Shown here: positions 45,187-55,582 of the stretch, piece after piece
How the letters are laid out: every line of letters begins with the position of its first letter
How positions within the stretch are numbered: position 1 is the first letter of the stretch
Source: Candidatus Peribacteraceae bacterium
Lineage (GTDB): Bacteria > Patescibacteriota > Gracilibacteria > Peribacterales > Peribacteraceae
DNA: 62,091 nucleotides
NCBI GenBank assembly: GCA_030750465.1
Contig: JASMHZ010000003.1
Location: forward strand, 1 to 62,091
Reading direction: 5' to 3'
Notes under the pieces: model-generated
The model's input: the letters and a program-made list of their open reading frames with translations, nothing else
What the model was told of the DNA's origin: nothing
The model's database searches: none
Program-made: the position numbers and the translations under genes

Positions 45187-47988
45187 ATGAATCGAAAAAC
45201 TATTCAGATTTTATCCATAGCCTTTTTGGCAGCGTTAATAATTTGGGGTCTATACACGCTCTTCTATTATATGGGAGTGCCGTATCACGGGATTGTTCTG
45301 ATGGAACGTCCCGTATTTGATGAACTTCTTAAGATCTGCAATGGTAATGCTCCCATTTGTAGGGGATTTCATAGTTTTTGGCCCATTCTTGAACGAACTT
45401 TTTCCAGGATGGCTCCAATAAAGTGGTATGCGGTAGTTTGTGTAGGTATATATGCTTTATGGCTTGGGTGGATTGCATTTACTACCGGAAAAATGAGATT
45501 TCGCTTCAAGATGAGGCCTTGGTATTTTGTTTTAGCATTTGTTGCATCACTTTGGTTAATCTTTGCAGTAGTAGTCAATTATCAACATGGAGATACGCCG
45601 CCCAGGAGAATGGTTGAACCTCTTCCTCAGGTTTATAAAAATACCGGAGAAGAAGGACTCGCTGTGCTTAAGGCAAACTTCGATAAATTAAACGAGAAAG
45701 GATGTCTGGATCTAGAAGGGCAGTACGATAATGGGGCCAGGTCGTACAAGCTCAAGCACAGATGCATACATATGTCCTTCTTTACAAAAGCTATGCCTCT
45801 TGTGGGTTTTATCTTGCTTCTATTGTTCGAGATGATGGTGCTTGGAAAGATGGCGATGGGTTGGATGAGGCTTAAACCCAAAAAGCTATACCTGGAATCC
45901 ATGTTAAGCGTCAGCTTGGGAGCATGTTTTCTAATCGCGATTCTGTGGTTTATGGCAGTTATTAGTTTGCATACAAAGCTACCGCTTTATACGGCCCCTG
46001 CAGGATGGGGTTTACTTGTTGCCATTCCTTTGATCGGATTCAAGCATGCGCGATATTGGATAAAGAAATTCCTGTTTACCTCATGGCAGTTTGATAGGTC
46101 ATGGAAAGATCCGGTTATTTTACTTTCATGGCTTTTGCTCACATACGTTGCCTTCAATTTCCTTTCGGTAATAAGACCGTTCCCGATTGGGTGGGATGAT
46201 TTGGGAAGCTACTTAAATAGGCCGAGGCTTATGGTGAGTTACGGGCACTTCATATTCTCTATGGCTCCATTCTTTTGGGAGTATGTAACATCTCTTGGTT
46301 ATCTACTATTCGGTTACAGTACAGCTTTGGGCGCATCGGTTTCTATGATGATCAACTGGAGTGCCGGACTTTTGGCAGTCTTTGCAATCTATACTTTTGC
46401 CCGTACCTATTTGGGCGAGGGCAAAGGGATACTTTCTGCATTAATGTATTACACATTGCCAATGGTGGGGCACTTCTCGTTTGCAGATATGAAGATTGAT
46501 AACGCGGTCTTCTTTATGGGTACGCTTAGCGTACTTTGTGTATTTATTTATCTTTTCCCGCCGGAAGATGAGAATTCGGAAAGATCAAATTCGCTTTCCT
46601 GGCTTATTGCCGCCGGAATATTTTCCGGATTCGCATTCGCAATCAAATTTACTGCAGTCATGGTTTTTGTAGCCCTTGGCGCAGTGATGCTTGGAGTAAT
46701 GCTTCACTGGTCTTCATTAATTGGAGTTGCATTCGTGTCAGTCGCCTTGCTTTTGAATATTGGAAGGACTTCAGAAAGAATATTCGGGGAAGGATTTCCT
46801 GTTTCCCAGGACGTTGTAAAAAACGTGAGTATCGTCATCGCCTTGATAATATTTGCTATACCATCATGGAAGTACAGGAAGCGATTCAAAAATGCATTTC
46901 TAGCTTCATTCGTATTCGGTGCGGCAATTATCCTTTCGGTGGCGCCTTGGATTCTGCATAACAATATTCTGCAGGGGAACATTATTCCGAGCTTTGAAAT
47001 AAAAGCTCCCAACTACATTTCCCCGTATCTGGATCCTTACGGTACAAGTGACTTGAAAGAGCCGTATATAGTCAGAAAACTTTCACCGGAATTGGCTGTA
47101 GACATATCGCATCCTCTATGTAAACCAACCGGAGGAGTAGAAGAGTTGGATAGATATTGGGGATTCGAGAACGGATTGGGACATTACCTCACGCTTCCAT
47201 GGAGGACTGTGATGAATTTGGATAGCACAGGTTATTACGTTACAACCACGTTTGTTCTGCTTCTTCTTCCATTGCTTCTTTTGCTCCCTTACTTTTGGAT
47301 GAATAAAGGAAAATGGTTGCGATGGTTTACATTTGGCACGGCATTTATGCTTGTTGAGTGGATGTTTCTGGCAAACGGAATTCCGTGGTATGGGCTGGGA
47401 ACTTTCTTGGGACTCATTGTTTTGGTCGAAGTTATGGTTGTTAAAGCGCCTGATAAAATCAGTAGATCAATACTTGGAGTATTTATTGGTATAGCACTGT
47501 TGATGATGTTCGGGTTTAGAACCTGGCAATACGAGACTCAGAAAAATCTTCTCGAATACCCTATGGGCAAAGCGTCCGCGGATGTTCTTACTGAGCGAAC
47601 AGTCCCGCATTACAACGACGTTGCAAATGTTGTTTTGGAACGGGCAAAAGTTTTCCCGGACAGGCCGTACTTATACAGAATGGGAACGTTTATTCCGTAC
47701 TTTATACCGCGCAATCTAGAGATCATCGGAATCCAGGATCATCAGCTTGATCTGTTCAATTGCATGTATCAGGAACGCGATGGCAAACTTCTTCTTGAAC
47801 GCCTAAAGGCGCTCGGGTTCAACAGTATCGTGTTTGATACGAATACTGCAACCATCGAGAAAGATCCAAATGGAACACTTCATCAGAAAGTAGATACTTT
47901 CCTTAAGTGGGTGAATGATCCTGCTAATGGTTTGCAGGTTGTGCTTAGTGATTCCGGAGGAGGGATTGCGTTTATTCTGATACCTTAA
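45187..47988 (+). CDS. Large (933 aa) multi-pass GT-C-like glycosyltransferase
   Basis: PFPIGWDDLGSYLNRP, DMKID, FAIKFT, PWILHN; many TMs with Cys-containing outer loops. Confidence 0.7.
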   Translation: MNRKTIQILSIAFLAALIIWGLYTLFYYMGVPYHGIVLMERPVFDELLKICNGNAPICRGFHSFWPILERTFSRMAPIKWYAVVCVGIYALWLGWIAFTTGKMRFRFKMRPWYFVLAFVASLWLIFAVVVNYQHGDTPPRRMVEPLPQVYKNTGEEGLAVLKANFDKLNEKGCLDLEGQYDNGARSYKLKHRCIHMSFFTKAMPLVGFILLLLFEMMVLGKMAMGWMRLKPKKLYLESMLSVSLGACFLIAILWFMAVISLHTKLPLYTAPAGWGLLVAIPLIGFKHARYWIKKFLFTSWQFDRSWKDPVILLSWLLLTYVAFNFLSVIRPFPIGWDDLGSYLNRPRLMVSYGHFIFSMAPFFWEYVTSLGYLLFGYSTALGASVSMMINWSAGLLAVFAIYTFARTYLGEGKGILSALMYYTLPMVGHFSFADMKIDNAVFFMGTLSVLCVFIYLFPPEDENSERSNSLSWLIAAGIFSGFAFAIKFTAVMVFVALGAVMLGVMLHWSSLIGVAFVSVALLLNIGRTSERIFGEGFPVSQDVVKNVSIVIALIIFAIPSWKYRKRFKNAFLASFVFGAAIILSVAPWILHNNILQGNIIPSFEIKAPNYISPYLDPYGTSDLKEPYIVRKLSPELAVDISHPLCKPTGGVEELDRYWGFENGLGHYLTLPWRTVMNLDSTGYYVTTTFVLLLLPLLLLLPYFWMNKGKWLRWFTFGTAFMLVEWMFLANGIPWYGLGTFLGLIVLVEVMVVKAPDKISRSILGVFIGIALLMMFGFRTWQYETQKNLLEYPMGKASADVLTERTVPHYNDVANVVLERAKVFPDRPYLYRMGTFIPYFIPRNLEIIGIQDHQLDLFNCMYQERDGKLLLERLKALGFNSIVFDTNTATIEKDPNGTLHQKVDTFLKWVNDPANGLQVVLSDSGGGIAFILIP

Positions 47989-48041
47989 TAAGAAGCAGTT
48001 TATTGTTTTCAGGAGGGCAAATCTGCGATAACCTTGCTCTG

Positions 48042-48710
48042 ATGAAAACAATTGCAGTCATTCCGGCTTACAATGAAGAGTCCCGCGTTGAGGTGGTTAT
48101 CAATGACGTCAGCCAGTATGTGTCTGAGGTGATAGTGGTTGATGATGGTTCTTCTGATGCTACGGCTTTAAATGCGGAGAAGGCTGGGGCTAAACTCGTT
48201 CAACATGTAGAGAATTGCGGAGCAGGAGCTGCAACAATGACTGGCATTGACGCGGCGCGAGCAATGGGTGCGGAAATCATTGTTACTATTGATGCAGATG
48301 AACAGCATAATCCTAAAGACATTCCGGCACTTATTACTCCTTTGAAAGAAGGAAGGGCAGATGTTGTCTTTGCAAACAGGTTCGGACAAAAAAACCGTAT
48401 TCCTTTTGTAAGAAGATTTGCGAACGGATGCGGCAACATCCTCACCTTCTTTACCACAGGAAAGTGGGTATCTGATAGCCAGTGTGGATTTAAAGCGTTC
48501 GGCCCCAAAGCGATTGAAGAAATTGATTTAAAAATGAGCGGATTTGAATTTTGTTCAGAAATTGTCCGTGAAACGGTACAGCACAGATGGAGGATGCAAC
48601 AAATTCCAACTAAGGTACTATATTCCGAGTACACGCTTGCAAAAGGGCAATCGTTTGCGAATGGGATCAAGACGGCTCTTAAGGTTTTACTTCGTTCTTT
48701 TCTTAGATGA
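48042..48710 (+). CDS. GT2 glycosyltransferase (DPM1-like)
   Basis: VIPAYNEE, VDDGSSD, DADEQH, DSQCGFKAF. Confidence 0.9.
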   Translation: MKTIAVIPAYNEESRVEVVINDVSQYVSEVIVVDDGSSDATALNAEKAGAKLVQHVENCGAGAATMTGIDAARAMGAEIIVTIDADEQHNPKDIPALITPLKEGRADVVFANRFGQKNRIPFVRRFANGCGNILTFFTTGKWVSDSQCGFKAFGPKAIEEIDLKMSGFEFCSEIVRETVQHRWRMQQIPTKVLYSEYTLAKGQSFANGIKTALKVLLRSFLR

Positions 48711-48713
48711 TTT

Positions 48714-48818
48714 ATTAGCTCATAGCTAATAGCTTTTAGCTTCATTAACTTTTCATATTTCTAGTTTAATAGTGGCACAAACAGAAGCTAACGAAGCTAT
48801 AAGCTAAAAGCTAAAATA
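48714..48818. repeat. Inverted heptamer array (TAGCTAA/AAGCTA type)
   Basis: attagctcatagctaatagcttttagct...aagctaacgaagctataagctaaaagctaa. Confidence 0.65.
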
Positions 48819-48868
48819 CTAATTATTCTAATGTAACTGAAGAAATTTGACGGTATACTCTAGTAACC

Positions 48869-49222
48869 ATGGACCTTACTTTCTACCAAATCATTGCTCC
48901 GGTTATTGCAGTCGTTGCAATTGTTTATGCATGGAGTTTGGTAGGTAGAAAAAAGAAAACTATGTGGGAGGGAATTTTGTGGACTTTATTCTGGGGGCTT
49001 GTGGCTTCGCTTGCCATGTTTCCGAACTTGATGAACTGGGTGTCCGCGGTTACCGGCATCAAAGATAGGGAAAACGCTGTCTTCATTACATTCTTTGGGG
49101 TTCTATTTTTCATTGTGTTCTATCTGGTTATGCGGCTTGAAGAGATGGAGCAGAGACAAACGAGAATCGTCAGGAAAATTGCTCTTAGGGATTCGGGATT
49201 GGATGAGGATGAAAAGGAGTAA
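48869..49222 (+). CDS. DUF2304-family membrane protein
   Basis: Three TMs, LW..FW, FP, TGI, C-terminal TRIVRKIAL; follows a DPM1-like GT2. Confidence 0.8.
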   Translation: MDLTFYQIIAPVIAVVAIVYAWSLVGRKKKTMWEGILWTLFWGLVASLAMFPNLMNWVSAVTGIKDRENAVFITFFGVLFFIVFYLVMRLEEMEQRQTRIVRKIALRDSGLDEDEKE

Positions 49223-49285
49223 AAGGGTTCAAAGGAGACAAAAGAGATAAAGGAGTTATTTTGTTTTATTTTACCTCTTTTACTT
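49213..49285. repeat. Inverted nonamer array
   Basis: aaggagtaaaagggttcaaaggagacaaaagagataaaggag...tttacctcttttacttt. Confidence 0.6.
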
Positions 49286-49298
49286 TAAGATATTGCAG

Positions 49299-50444
49299 AT
49301 GAAGACGATTCTATTAATTAGTCCTTACTGGAAAGAGGAGCATCGATGGATGGTTAGCACGGTCAAACTTGCTGAGCTTTGGCAGAAGCTTGGATACAGG
49401 GTGATTGTCGCATGCATGGGAGGGAAAAGATCGAAAGAACGAAAGAACGAAAGCATGAAAGGTCAGAAAATCGAAGCTGAGGTTGTTTCTGATACTTTGA
49501 GTATTTACAGGAAGAAGGATTTGTTTATTCCTGACCCATGGAACTATGGAATTGCTTTTGGATTTACGGGATTCGTCAGACGTATTATCAAGAATGAAAG
49601 GCCGGATGTGATTGTTGTGAATAAGATTTTATTTTGGTCATCATTTTCTTTGATCTTACTCAGGCTAACCGGAAAGAAGGTCATTTTACTAACTGATGCA
49701 CTGGTTGGAATTACATGGTGGCCTAGGAGTTTGATTCCAAAAGCGTGTGCAGCGATTTATGCATGGACTGCAGGGTGGTTGATACTTTTGTTTGCTTCGA
49801 AAGTTGTTACATTTCATCCTCAATCAGAAAAAATTCTGAAGATACTTAGAATTAATAAAAAAGTTGAAGTTATACCTACAGGTATTCAGTCAGAAAGTCG
49901 TAATGTCGTAAGGTCTGAAGGTCAGATGACAATTACTTATGTAGGAAGATTGGAATCCGTTAAAGGAGTTGATGATTTCTTGGCTTCATCAGTTGCAATC
50001 AAAAAAGAATATCCTGATATCAAGATTCAAGTTGTAGGTTGGTACAAAGAAGGGCATCCGCTAGTCAGAAAGTATCGTGATGAGGTTGTGTTTACAGGGC
50101 TTCGTGATGATGTATCAGAAATTCTTGGTAACTCAGAGATATTTGTCTTACCAAGTTATTCAGAAGGCTTAAGCAATGCGCTTATGGAAGCACTGTCAGC
50201 TGAGTGCGCATGTATTGCGACAGAAGTCGGTGGAAATCGTTATCTAATTCAGAACGGAGTTAGCGGATTGCTTTATCCTCCCGGAGACCGAGAAGTTCTT
50301 AAGTCCCATCTTAGGAAACTTATCGAAGATACTGCGAAGAGAAAGTCTTTGGGCGAGAACGCGCATAAAAGAATTGAGGAAACGTTTGATTGGAAGATCG
50401 TTGGCAAGCAATATCAGGAGCTATTTGAGTCATTTACCTCATGA
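49299..50444 (+). CDS. GT4 glycosyltransferase
   Basis: YVGRLESVKG, PSYSEGLSNALMEA (E-x7-E). Confidence 0.9.
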   Translation: MKTILLISPYWKEEHRWMVSTVKLAELWQKLGYRVIVACMGGKRSKERKNESMKGQKIEAEVVSDTLSIYRKKDLFIPDPWNYGIAFGFTGFVRRIIKNERPDVIVVNKILFWSSFSLILLRLTGKKVILLTDALVGITWWPRSLIPKACAAIYAWTAGWLILLFASKVVTFHPQSEKILKILRINKKVEVIPTGIQSESRNVVRSEGQMTITYVGRLESVKGVDDFLASSVAIKKEYPDIKIQVVGWYKEGHPLVRKYRDEVVFTGLRDDVSEILGNSEIFVLPSYSEGLSNALMEALSAECACIATEVGGNRYLIQNGVSGLLYPPGDREVLKSHLRKLIEDTAKRKSLGENAHKRIEETFDWKIVGKQYQELFESFTS

Positions 50445-51508
50445 AACCAAAAGTCGTCATCTACTCGGCATTCCTTACTCCCTTCCGAAGCGGGGCAGAG
50501 GCTTGCGCGGAGGAAGTGCCGCTCAGGCTCAAGCATGACTTTGATTTCACGATTATTACATCCAGACTAAGACGCAATCTTCCAAAGAAAGACATGCTTC
50601 AGGGGCATATACCTGTCATCAGGGTAGGGTTTGGTTCCAAGTTCGATAAGTGGCTGTTTCCATTCTTGGCCCCCTTGGCTGCCAGAAAACTTAAACCTGA
50701 TATTATTCACGCAATTCTGGAGACATTTGCTGGGCAAGCACTAATGCATAGTTCAGTAATAGTTTTTAAAGCCAAAAGAATTCTAACGTTACAAACAACG
50801 AACAGGAGTTTTAAGAAAAAAGAAATTACAAAATCACCGCACAAAGTAACTGCAATCAGTTCTGCACTTGTTAATTATGCAAAATCAGTTGGAAGGAATG
50901 ATGCTGTTCTTATTCCAAATGGGGTAAATTCAGAAGAAATAGAAAGTGCACTTGGATGGTATGAAAAGATTAAGGGAAGAATTCTATTTGTAGGAAGACT
51001 GGAACCTCAGAAGGGGGTTGATATTTTGTTGCAAGCGCTCGCTAAGTTTAAACAAGAAAATTGGGATTTGAATATTGTTGGTGATGGATCACAAAAAGAG
51101 ATTCTTACAAAACTAAGTCAAGATCTTGGAATTACGGAGCGAGTTCACTTCAAGGGTTATGTTGCCCCGCCTGATGTCTATAAGGAGTACGCGCAGGCGG
51201 AAATTTTCTGCGGTCTTTCCAGATCAGAAGCTTTGGGAAATGTGTTCTTGGAAGCACAAGCTGCAGGATGTGCAGTCATAGGAACAAAAACCGGAGGAAT
51301 TCCAGACATAGTCCAAAATGGAACAAATGGAATCTTAATTAAGCCCGATAATATTGATATGGCTGTTGAAGCTATTGGAAGACTCCTAAAAGATCCGTCA
51401 CAACGATCTAAACTATCCTCAGCTGGCAAAAAGAATGCTCAAAAGTATGACTGGGGGAGGATTGCTAAAGAATATGCACAGGTATATATGGAAGCAATCA
51501 AAGATTGA
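50441..51508 (+). CDS. GT4 glycosyltransferase
   Basis: IPNG, FVGRLEPQKG, SEALGNVFLEA, GGIPD. Confidence 0.9.
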   Translation: MKPKVVIYSAFLTPFRSGAEACAEEVPLRLKHDFDFTIITSRLRRNLPKKDMLQGHIPVIRVGFGSKFDKWLFPFLAPLAARKLKPDIIHAILETFAGQALMHSSVIVFKAKRILTLQTTNRSFKKKEITKSPHKVTAISSALVNYAKSVGRNDAVLIPNGVNSEEIESALGWYEKIKGRILFVGRLEPQKGVDILLQALAKFKQENWDLNIVGDGSQKEILTKLSQDLGITERVHFKGYVAPPDVYKEYAQAEIFCGLSRSEALGNVFLEAQAAGCAVIGTKTGGIPDIVQNGTNGILIKPDNIDMAVEAIGRLLKDPSQRSKLSSAGKKNAQKYDWGRIAKEYAQVYMEAIKD

Positions 51509-51518
51509 ATTAACTATT

Positions 51519-51620
51519 AACAATCGACACGCGCCTACGGCGCTTTCGACAATCAACAATCAACAATAAGTTGACTGTTGACAGTCTCGCTTTAACGAGA
51601 CGTGTTGACTGTCGATTGTT
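51519..51620. repeat. Family B inverted heptamer element, copy 3; overlaps the rmlA 3' end
   Basis: aacaatcgacac...tcgacaatcaacaatcaacaa...gttgactgttgac...gtgttgactgtcgattgtt. Confidence 0.75.
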
Positions 51621-52359
51621 TCAAGGCCTCATCTTTAGCTCCATCAACAATTAGTCTTTCTTTATTTCTAACCAAGGCCGAGGCCTTGAACAAACTTTCG
51701 AAAGTTCCTGCATCGACCCACTCATCGTTCAGGACCGTGTAACCAAGTTCGTTCTGATCTAAGTACCATCTCGTCACATCAGTAATCTCAAGTTCTCCAC
51801 GAGGTGAAGGCTTCAAGTTTTTGATAACATCGAAGCATCTGTTGTCATAAAGATAACATCCCGTTTGTGCCAAATTGCTCTTTGGCTGCAGTGGCTTTTC
51901 CTCAACAGACTTAACTAAAGTTCCATCAACTTCAACAACGCCGAATCTTTCCGGATCAGGTACTTCTTTTAGGAACACATGTCCTCCGTTTTGGAAAGAT
52001 TTGATAGAGGGGGATAGATCGTCGAAGAACACGTTATCGCCAAGAATGGCACAAACACTATCTCCAGCTGCGAATTCCTCTGCCATTCCAAGAGCTTGAG
52101 CAATACCCTTTGGATCCTCCTGAACCCTATATGTGCATCGGCATCCGTATCTGGATCCTGAGCCAAGGAATCGGGTGATTTGGTCGATATGCTCGGTTCC
52201 TGTAATCACGATAACCTGCTCTATTCCCGCTTTTTGCATGATTTCAAGCGGATATAAGATCAAAGGCCTGTGATACACCGGAAGCAGGCTTTTATTGAAG
52301 ACGTTCGTCAGGGGACGAAGACGCGATCCTGTACCGCCGCAAATAAGAACTCCTTTCAT
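51592..52359 (-). CDS. rmlA: Glucose-1-phosphate thymidylyltransferase (short form)
   Basis: GGTGSRLRPLT, KSLLPVY, Q..PKGIAQA, LGDN, DPERFGV, EEKP, PSPRGELEITD, WVDAGT. Confidence 0.92.
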   Translation of the reverse strand: MKGVLICGGTGSRLRPLTNVFNKSLLPVYHRPLILYPLEIMQKAGIEQVIVITGTEHIDQITRFLGSGSRYGCRCTYRVQEDPKGIAQALGMAEEFAAGDSVCAILGDNVFFDDLSPSIKSFQNGGHVFLKEVPDPERFGVVEVDGTLVKSVEEKPLQPKSNLAQTGCYLYDNRCFDVIKNLKPSPRGELEITDVTRWYLDQNELGYTVLNDEWVDAGTFESLFKASALVRNKERLIVDGAKDEALKQSTVNTSR

Positions 52360-52419
52360 TGGGCAGAGATTATTGGCTAATTTGTCGATTGGCAACTAAA
52401 ATTAAGGAATAATAGAACC

Positions 52420-53361
52420 ATGAATCTACTAATAACAGGAGCGGCAGGATTCATTGGTTCTCACTTCGCACTTAGACATGCGGAGCTGAAGCCTGAGGAT
52501 AAGCTGGTGATTTTGGATAAGCTTACATATGCGGGGGACAGAAGTTACTTAGACTCAATCGCAGATAAGATCGAATTTGTTCACGGAGACATCGCAGATC
52601 AGCGTCTAGTAAATCAGCTTGTCGAAAATCATCAGATAGAAGTGATTGTAAACTTTGCGGCGGAGACCCATGTAGATAATTCAATCAAAGAAGCTTCGCC
52701 TTTCTTGCACACAAATGTAATTGGAACTCAAAGTCTAATCGAAGTTGTTAAGGCATATCCGGAAGTTCTGCTTCTGCACATTTCAACTGATGAAGTTTAT
52801 GGAGGACTTGCAGACGGCCAGCCTCCTTGCACAACCGAAACTGCACTTAACCCATGCAATCCATATTCAGCATCCAAAGCTGCGGGAGATTATCTGGTAC
52901 TTGCTGCTGTTCATACGTACGGAATACGCGCGCGCATCACGCGTTGCACAAATAACTACGGTCCGCATCAGGCAAGTGAAAAGTTTTTACCAGTTGTAAT
53001 CGGGAGTGCATTAAAAGACCAGCCAATTCCTGTTTATGGAGAAGGGAAGCAGAAGCGCGATTGGCTTTATGTTACGGACCACACGGATGCAGTGGAGTTA
53101 GTCTTGGGCAATGGTCAGGATGGAAATATATATCTAATTAGCGCTGATTCAGAAAGAGAAAACATAGAAACTGCAAAGAAAGTTCTGGATGAACTTGGAA
53201 AACCTCATGATCTTATTGAATTTGTAACTGACCGTCCGGGACACGACTTCCGATATGCACTTGATTCAAGCTCAATAAAAGCACTCGGGTGGAGTCCTAA
53301 AGTAAATTTCGAGGAAGGACTGAAAAAAACAATCGAGTGGTACTCAAATCGTGTATCCTAA
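52420..53361 (+). CDS. rmlB: dTDP-glucose 4,6-dehydratase
   Basis: DKLTYAG, NFAAETHVD, STDEVYG, YSASKA, NNYGP, RDWLYV.DH, DRPGHDFRY. Confidence 0.95.
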   Translation: MNLLITGAAGFIGSHFALRHAELKPEDKLVILDKLTYAGDRSYLDSIADKIEFVHGDIADQRLVNQLVENHQIEVIVNFAAETHVDNSIKEASPFLHTNVIGTQSLIEVVKAYPEVLLLHISTDEVYGGLADGQPPCTTETALNPCNPYSASKAAGDYLVLAAVHTYGIRARITRCTNNYGPHQASEKFLPVVIGSALKDQPIPVYGEGKQKRDWLYVTDHTDAVELVLGNGQDGNIYLISADSERENIETAKKVLDELGKPHDLIEFVTDRPGHDFRYALDSSSIKALGWSPKVNFEEGLKKTIEWYSNRVS

Positions 53362-53366
53362 TAAAT

Positions 53367-54446
53367 ATGAAAATCGTCTTAGCAACGGGAATATATCCTC
53401 CGGATATCGGAGGGCCGGCAACATACGTTAAACAATTGGCTGAGGAGTTACGTCAGGGTGGGAATGAGGTGGTGGTGGTTACATATGATAAAAAGAACGA
53501 AAGATCGGAAGATCGAAAGATCGAAAGAGTATCGATTGGGTTACCAGTTCTGCGGTGGTTTAAGTATGCGAAGGCATTGAAGAAAGTTGGATCTGATGCC
53601 GATATTGTTTATGCATTTTCATCAATCAGTTGTGGCATTCCTGTTAAGATCGCGAGACTCAAAAAGCCAAGAAAGATTCTAAGGTTAGGCGGTGATTTCT
53701 TTTGGGAACGGTATACAGCTTTAGGGGGAGGGTTAGGGTTAGGGGGATGGTATGGGAAACGATCTAAGGTTTTCGGTTGTCGGTTGTCGGTTGTCGGATG
53801 GATTCTTAAGAATTTTGATCATGTTGTTTTTTCAACCGAGTTTCAACAGAAATTATATCAAGAGAATTTCAAGAAGCTTCCTTCTCACTCAGTAATAGAA
53901 AATGCGGTGCCCGAAGGACATACTGAAATACATGTAAAGCGCGAACCCTTCAGCTTATTGTTCATGGGACGGTTAGTAGGATTTAAAAACTTAAAGTCTC
54001 TAGTTGAAGCGGTTAAACAAATGGCGAACGTAAGGCTTACATTGGTTGGAGATGGTCCAAAGAAAAAAGAACTAATGAAACTCGCCGGTTCCGCCGGAAC
54101 CAGAATTATGTTTGTGTCTCCTGTGCACGGCGAAGAAAAGATAAAGGTATTTGCAGGGCATGATTTGATGGTTATTCCTTCAATAACAGAAATCAGCCCG
54201 AATGTTGCACTTGAGGCGCGAGCAAACGGACTTCCTGTTCTACTTACGGAAGAAACAGGACTTAGTCCTGCTCTAAGTGAAGCAATGGTACTCAGAAATC
54301 TTTCAACTCCCGAAGATATCATCAATGCAATCAAAGAAATGCAGGAGAATTATTCCGATATTGCGGATGTGACAGGCAACCTGACCCTCAAAAGAGGGTG
54401 GAAAGAGGTTGCAGAAGAACACATGAATCTTTTTAATGAGTCTTGA
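53367..54446 (+). CDS. GT4 glycosyltransferase with repeat-derived inserts
   Basis: TGIYPPDIGGPATY, FMGRL..FK, EISPNVALEA. Confidence 0.88.
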   Translation: MKIVLATGIYPPDIGGPATYVKQLAEELRQGGNEVVVVTYDKKNERSEDRKIERVSIGLPVLRWFKYAKALKKVGSDADIVYAFSSISCGIPVKIARLKKPRKILRLGGDFFWERYTALGGGLGLGGWYGKRSKVFGCRLSVVGWILKNFDHVVFSTEFQQKLYQENFKKLPSHSVIENAVPEGHTEIHVKREPFSLLFMGRLVGFKNLKSLVEAVKQMANVRLTLVGDGPKKKELMKLAGSAGTRIMFVSPVHGEEKIKVFAGHDLMVIPSITEISPNVALEARANGLPVLLTEETGLSPALSEAMVLRNLSTPEDIINAIKEMQENYSDIADVTGNLTLKRGWKEVAEEHMNLFNES

Positions 54447-54448
54447 AG

Positions 54449-55582
54449 ATGAAATTACTAATGATCTCAGGCGACCGATCCATTCTACAGCGCAAGCAAG
54501 GAGCTTTTTGGTACACGCTTCAGGAACTTAGAAAGCATTTTGATCAGATTGATGTAATTACGCCTCAGATCATTATTCCGCGGCTAAAAGGGGAATCTAA
54601 GTCAAAAGCTGGAGAATCGGCGCTTATTGGTGGATCCGTGTTTTTCCATCCATGCCCGAATCGTTTACTTAGGCAGCCAAGATGGATAGTTAAAAAAGGC
54701 AAGGAGCTTATCAAAGCATTCGGGCACGATGTCATGACGGTTCACGAATATCCTCCCTTTTACAATGGAATCGGAGCCAAGAAGTTGGCAAAGAAAATGA
54801 ATATTCCTTATGCACTTGAGGTTCACCATATTGTGGGATATCCAAAAGCTGTAACTACGTCCGAAAGAATCGGAAAGATGACTTCCAAGTCGTATTTTCC
54901 GCGTGCAGCCAAAAGTGCGACTGCAATTAGAGTTGTGAACAAGGAGGTCGGAGGAAAGCTTCTTACATGGGGAGTGCCAAAGAGCAAGATTAATTTAGTC
55001 CCATCTTTCTATTTGGACGGAGATATTCTTACAACAGATCATGCTCCTCCCGTAATTTATGATGTTGTATTCTGCGGCCGATTGGTTCCAAATAAAGGAT
55101 TGGAAAATTTGATTCTCGCAGTCAGCAAGTTGAGTAATGTGCGCTTGGCAGTTATTGGAAGCGGACCGGAACTGCTTAATCATGAAAAACTAGTGAGCAA
55201 ACTAGGTCTGGACAATCTGGTCACTTTTCTAGGTTGGCTTCCAACACAAGAGACTGTTGTGGGGGCTTTATTAAGCTCAAGAATTTTCGTAATGCCTTCG
55301 CAAAGTGAGGGGGGACCAAGAAGTTTATTGGAAGCAATGGCGGTTGAGATGCCAGTGATTACAACTCCTGTAGGTGTTGTTCCGGAGATTATCGAGGATG
55401 GAGTAAACGGTATTATTACAAACGGAGAACCTGATGATATGGCTGAAAAAATAGAATCTTTGTTAGCGGACGAAAAGCTTAGAAAAAAGATGGGGAAGGA
55501 AGCCGGGAAAATAATGGATATTTATGAGAGAAAAAATCTTGTTAAGGCGTATGCTGATTTTCTTAAATCATTATGCGATTGA
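54449..55582 (+). CDS. GT4 glycosyltransferase
   Basis: FCGRLVPNKG, SEGGPRSLLEAMA. Confidence 0.88.
   Translation: MKLLMISGDRSILQRKQGAFWYTLQELRKHFDQIDVITPQIIIPRLKGESKSKAGESALIGGSVFFHPCPNRLLRQPRWIVKKGKELIKAFGHDVMTVHEYPPFYNGIGAKKLAKKMNIPYALEVHHIVGYPKAVTTSERIGKMTSKSYFPRAAKSATAIRVVNKEVGGKLLTWGVPKSKINLVPSFYLDGDILTTDHAPPVIYDVVFCGRLVPNKGLENLILAVSKLSNVRLAVIGSGPELLNHEKLVSKLGLDNLVTFLGWLPTQETVVGALLSSRIFVMPSQSEGGPRSLLEAMAVEMPVITTPVGVVPEIIEDGVNGIITNGEPDDMAEKIESLLADEKLRKKMGKEAGKIMDIYERKNLVKAYADFLKSLCD

Noticed and set aside
53724-53746. TTAGGG telomere-like repeats (also near 7370 and 38960-39020)
   Set aside because: Only 2-3 units inside coding sequence; part of the general short-repeat background.
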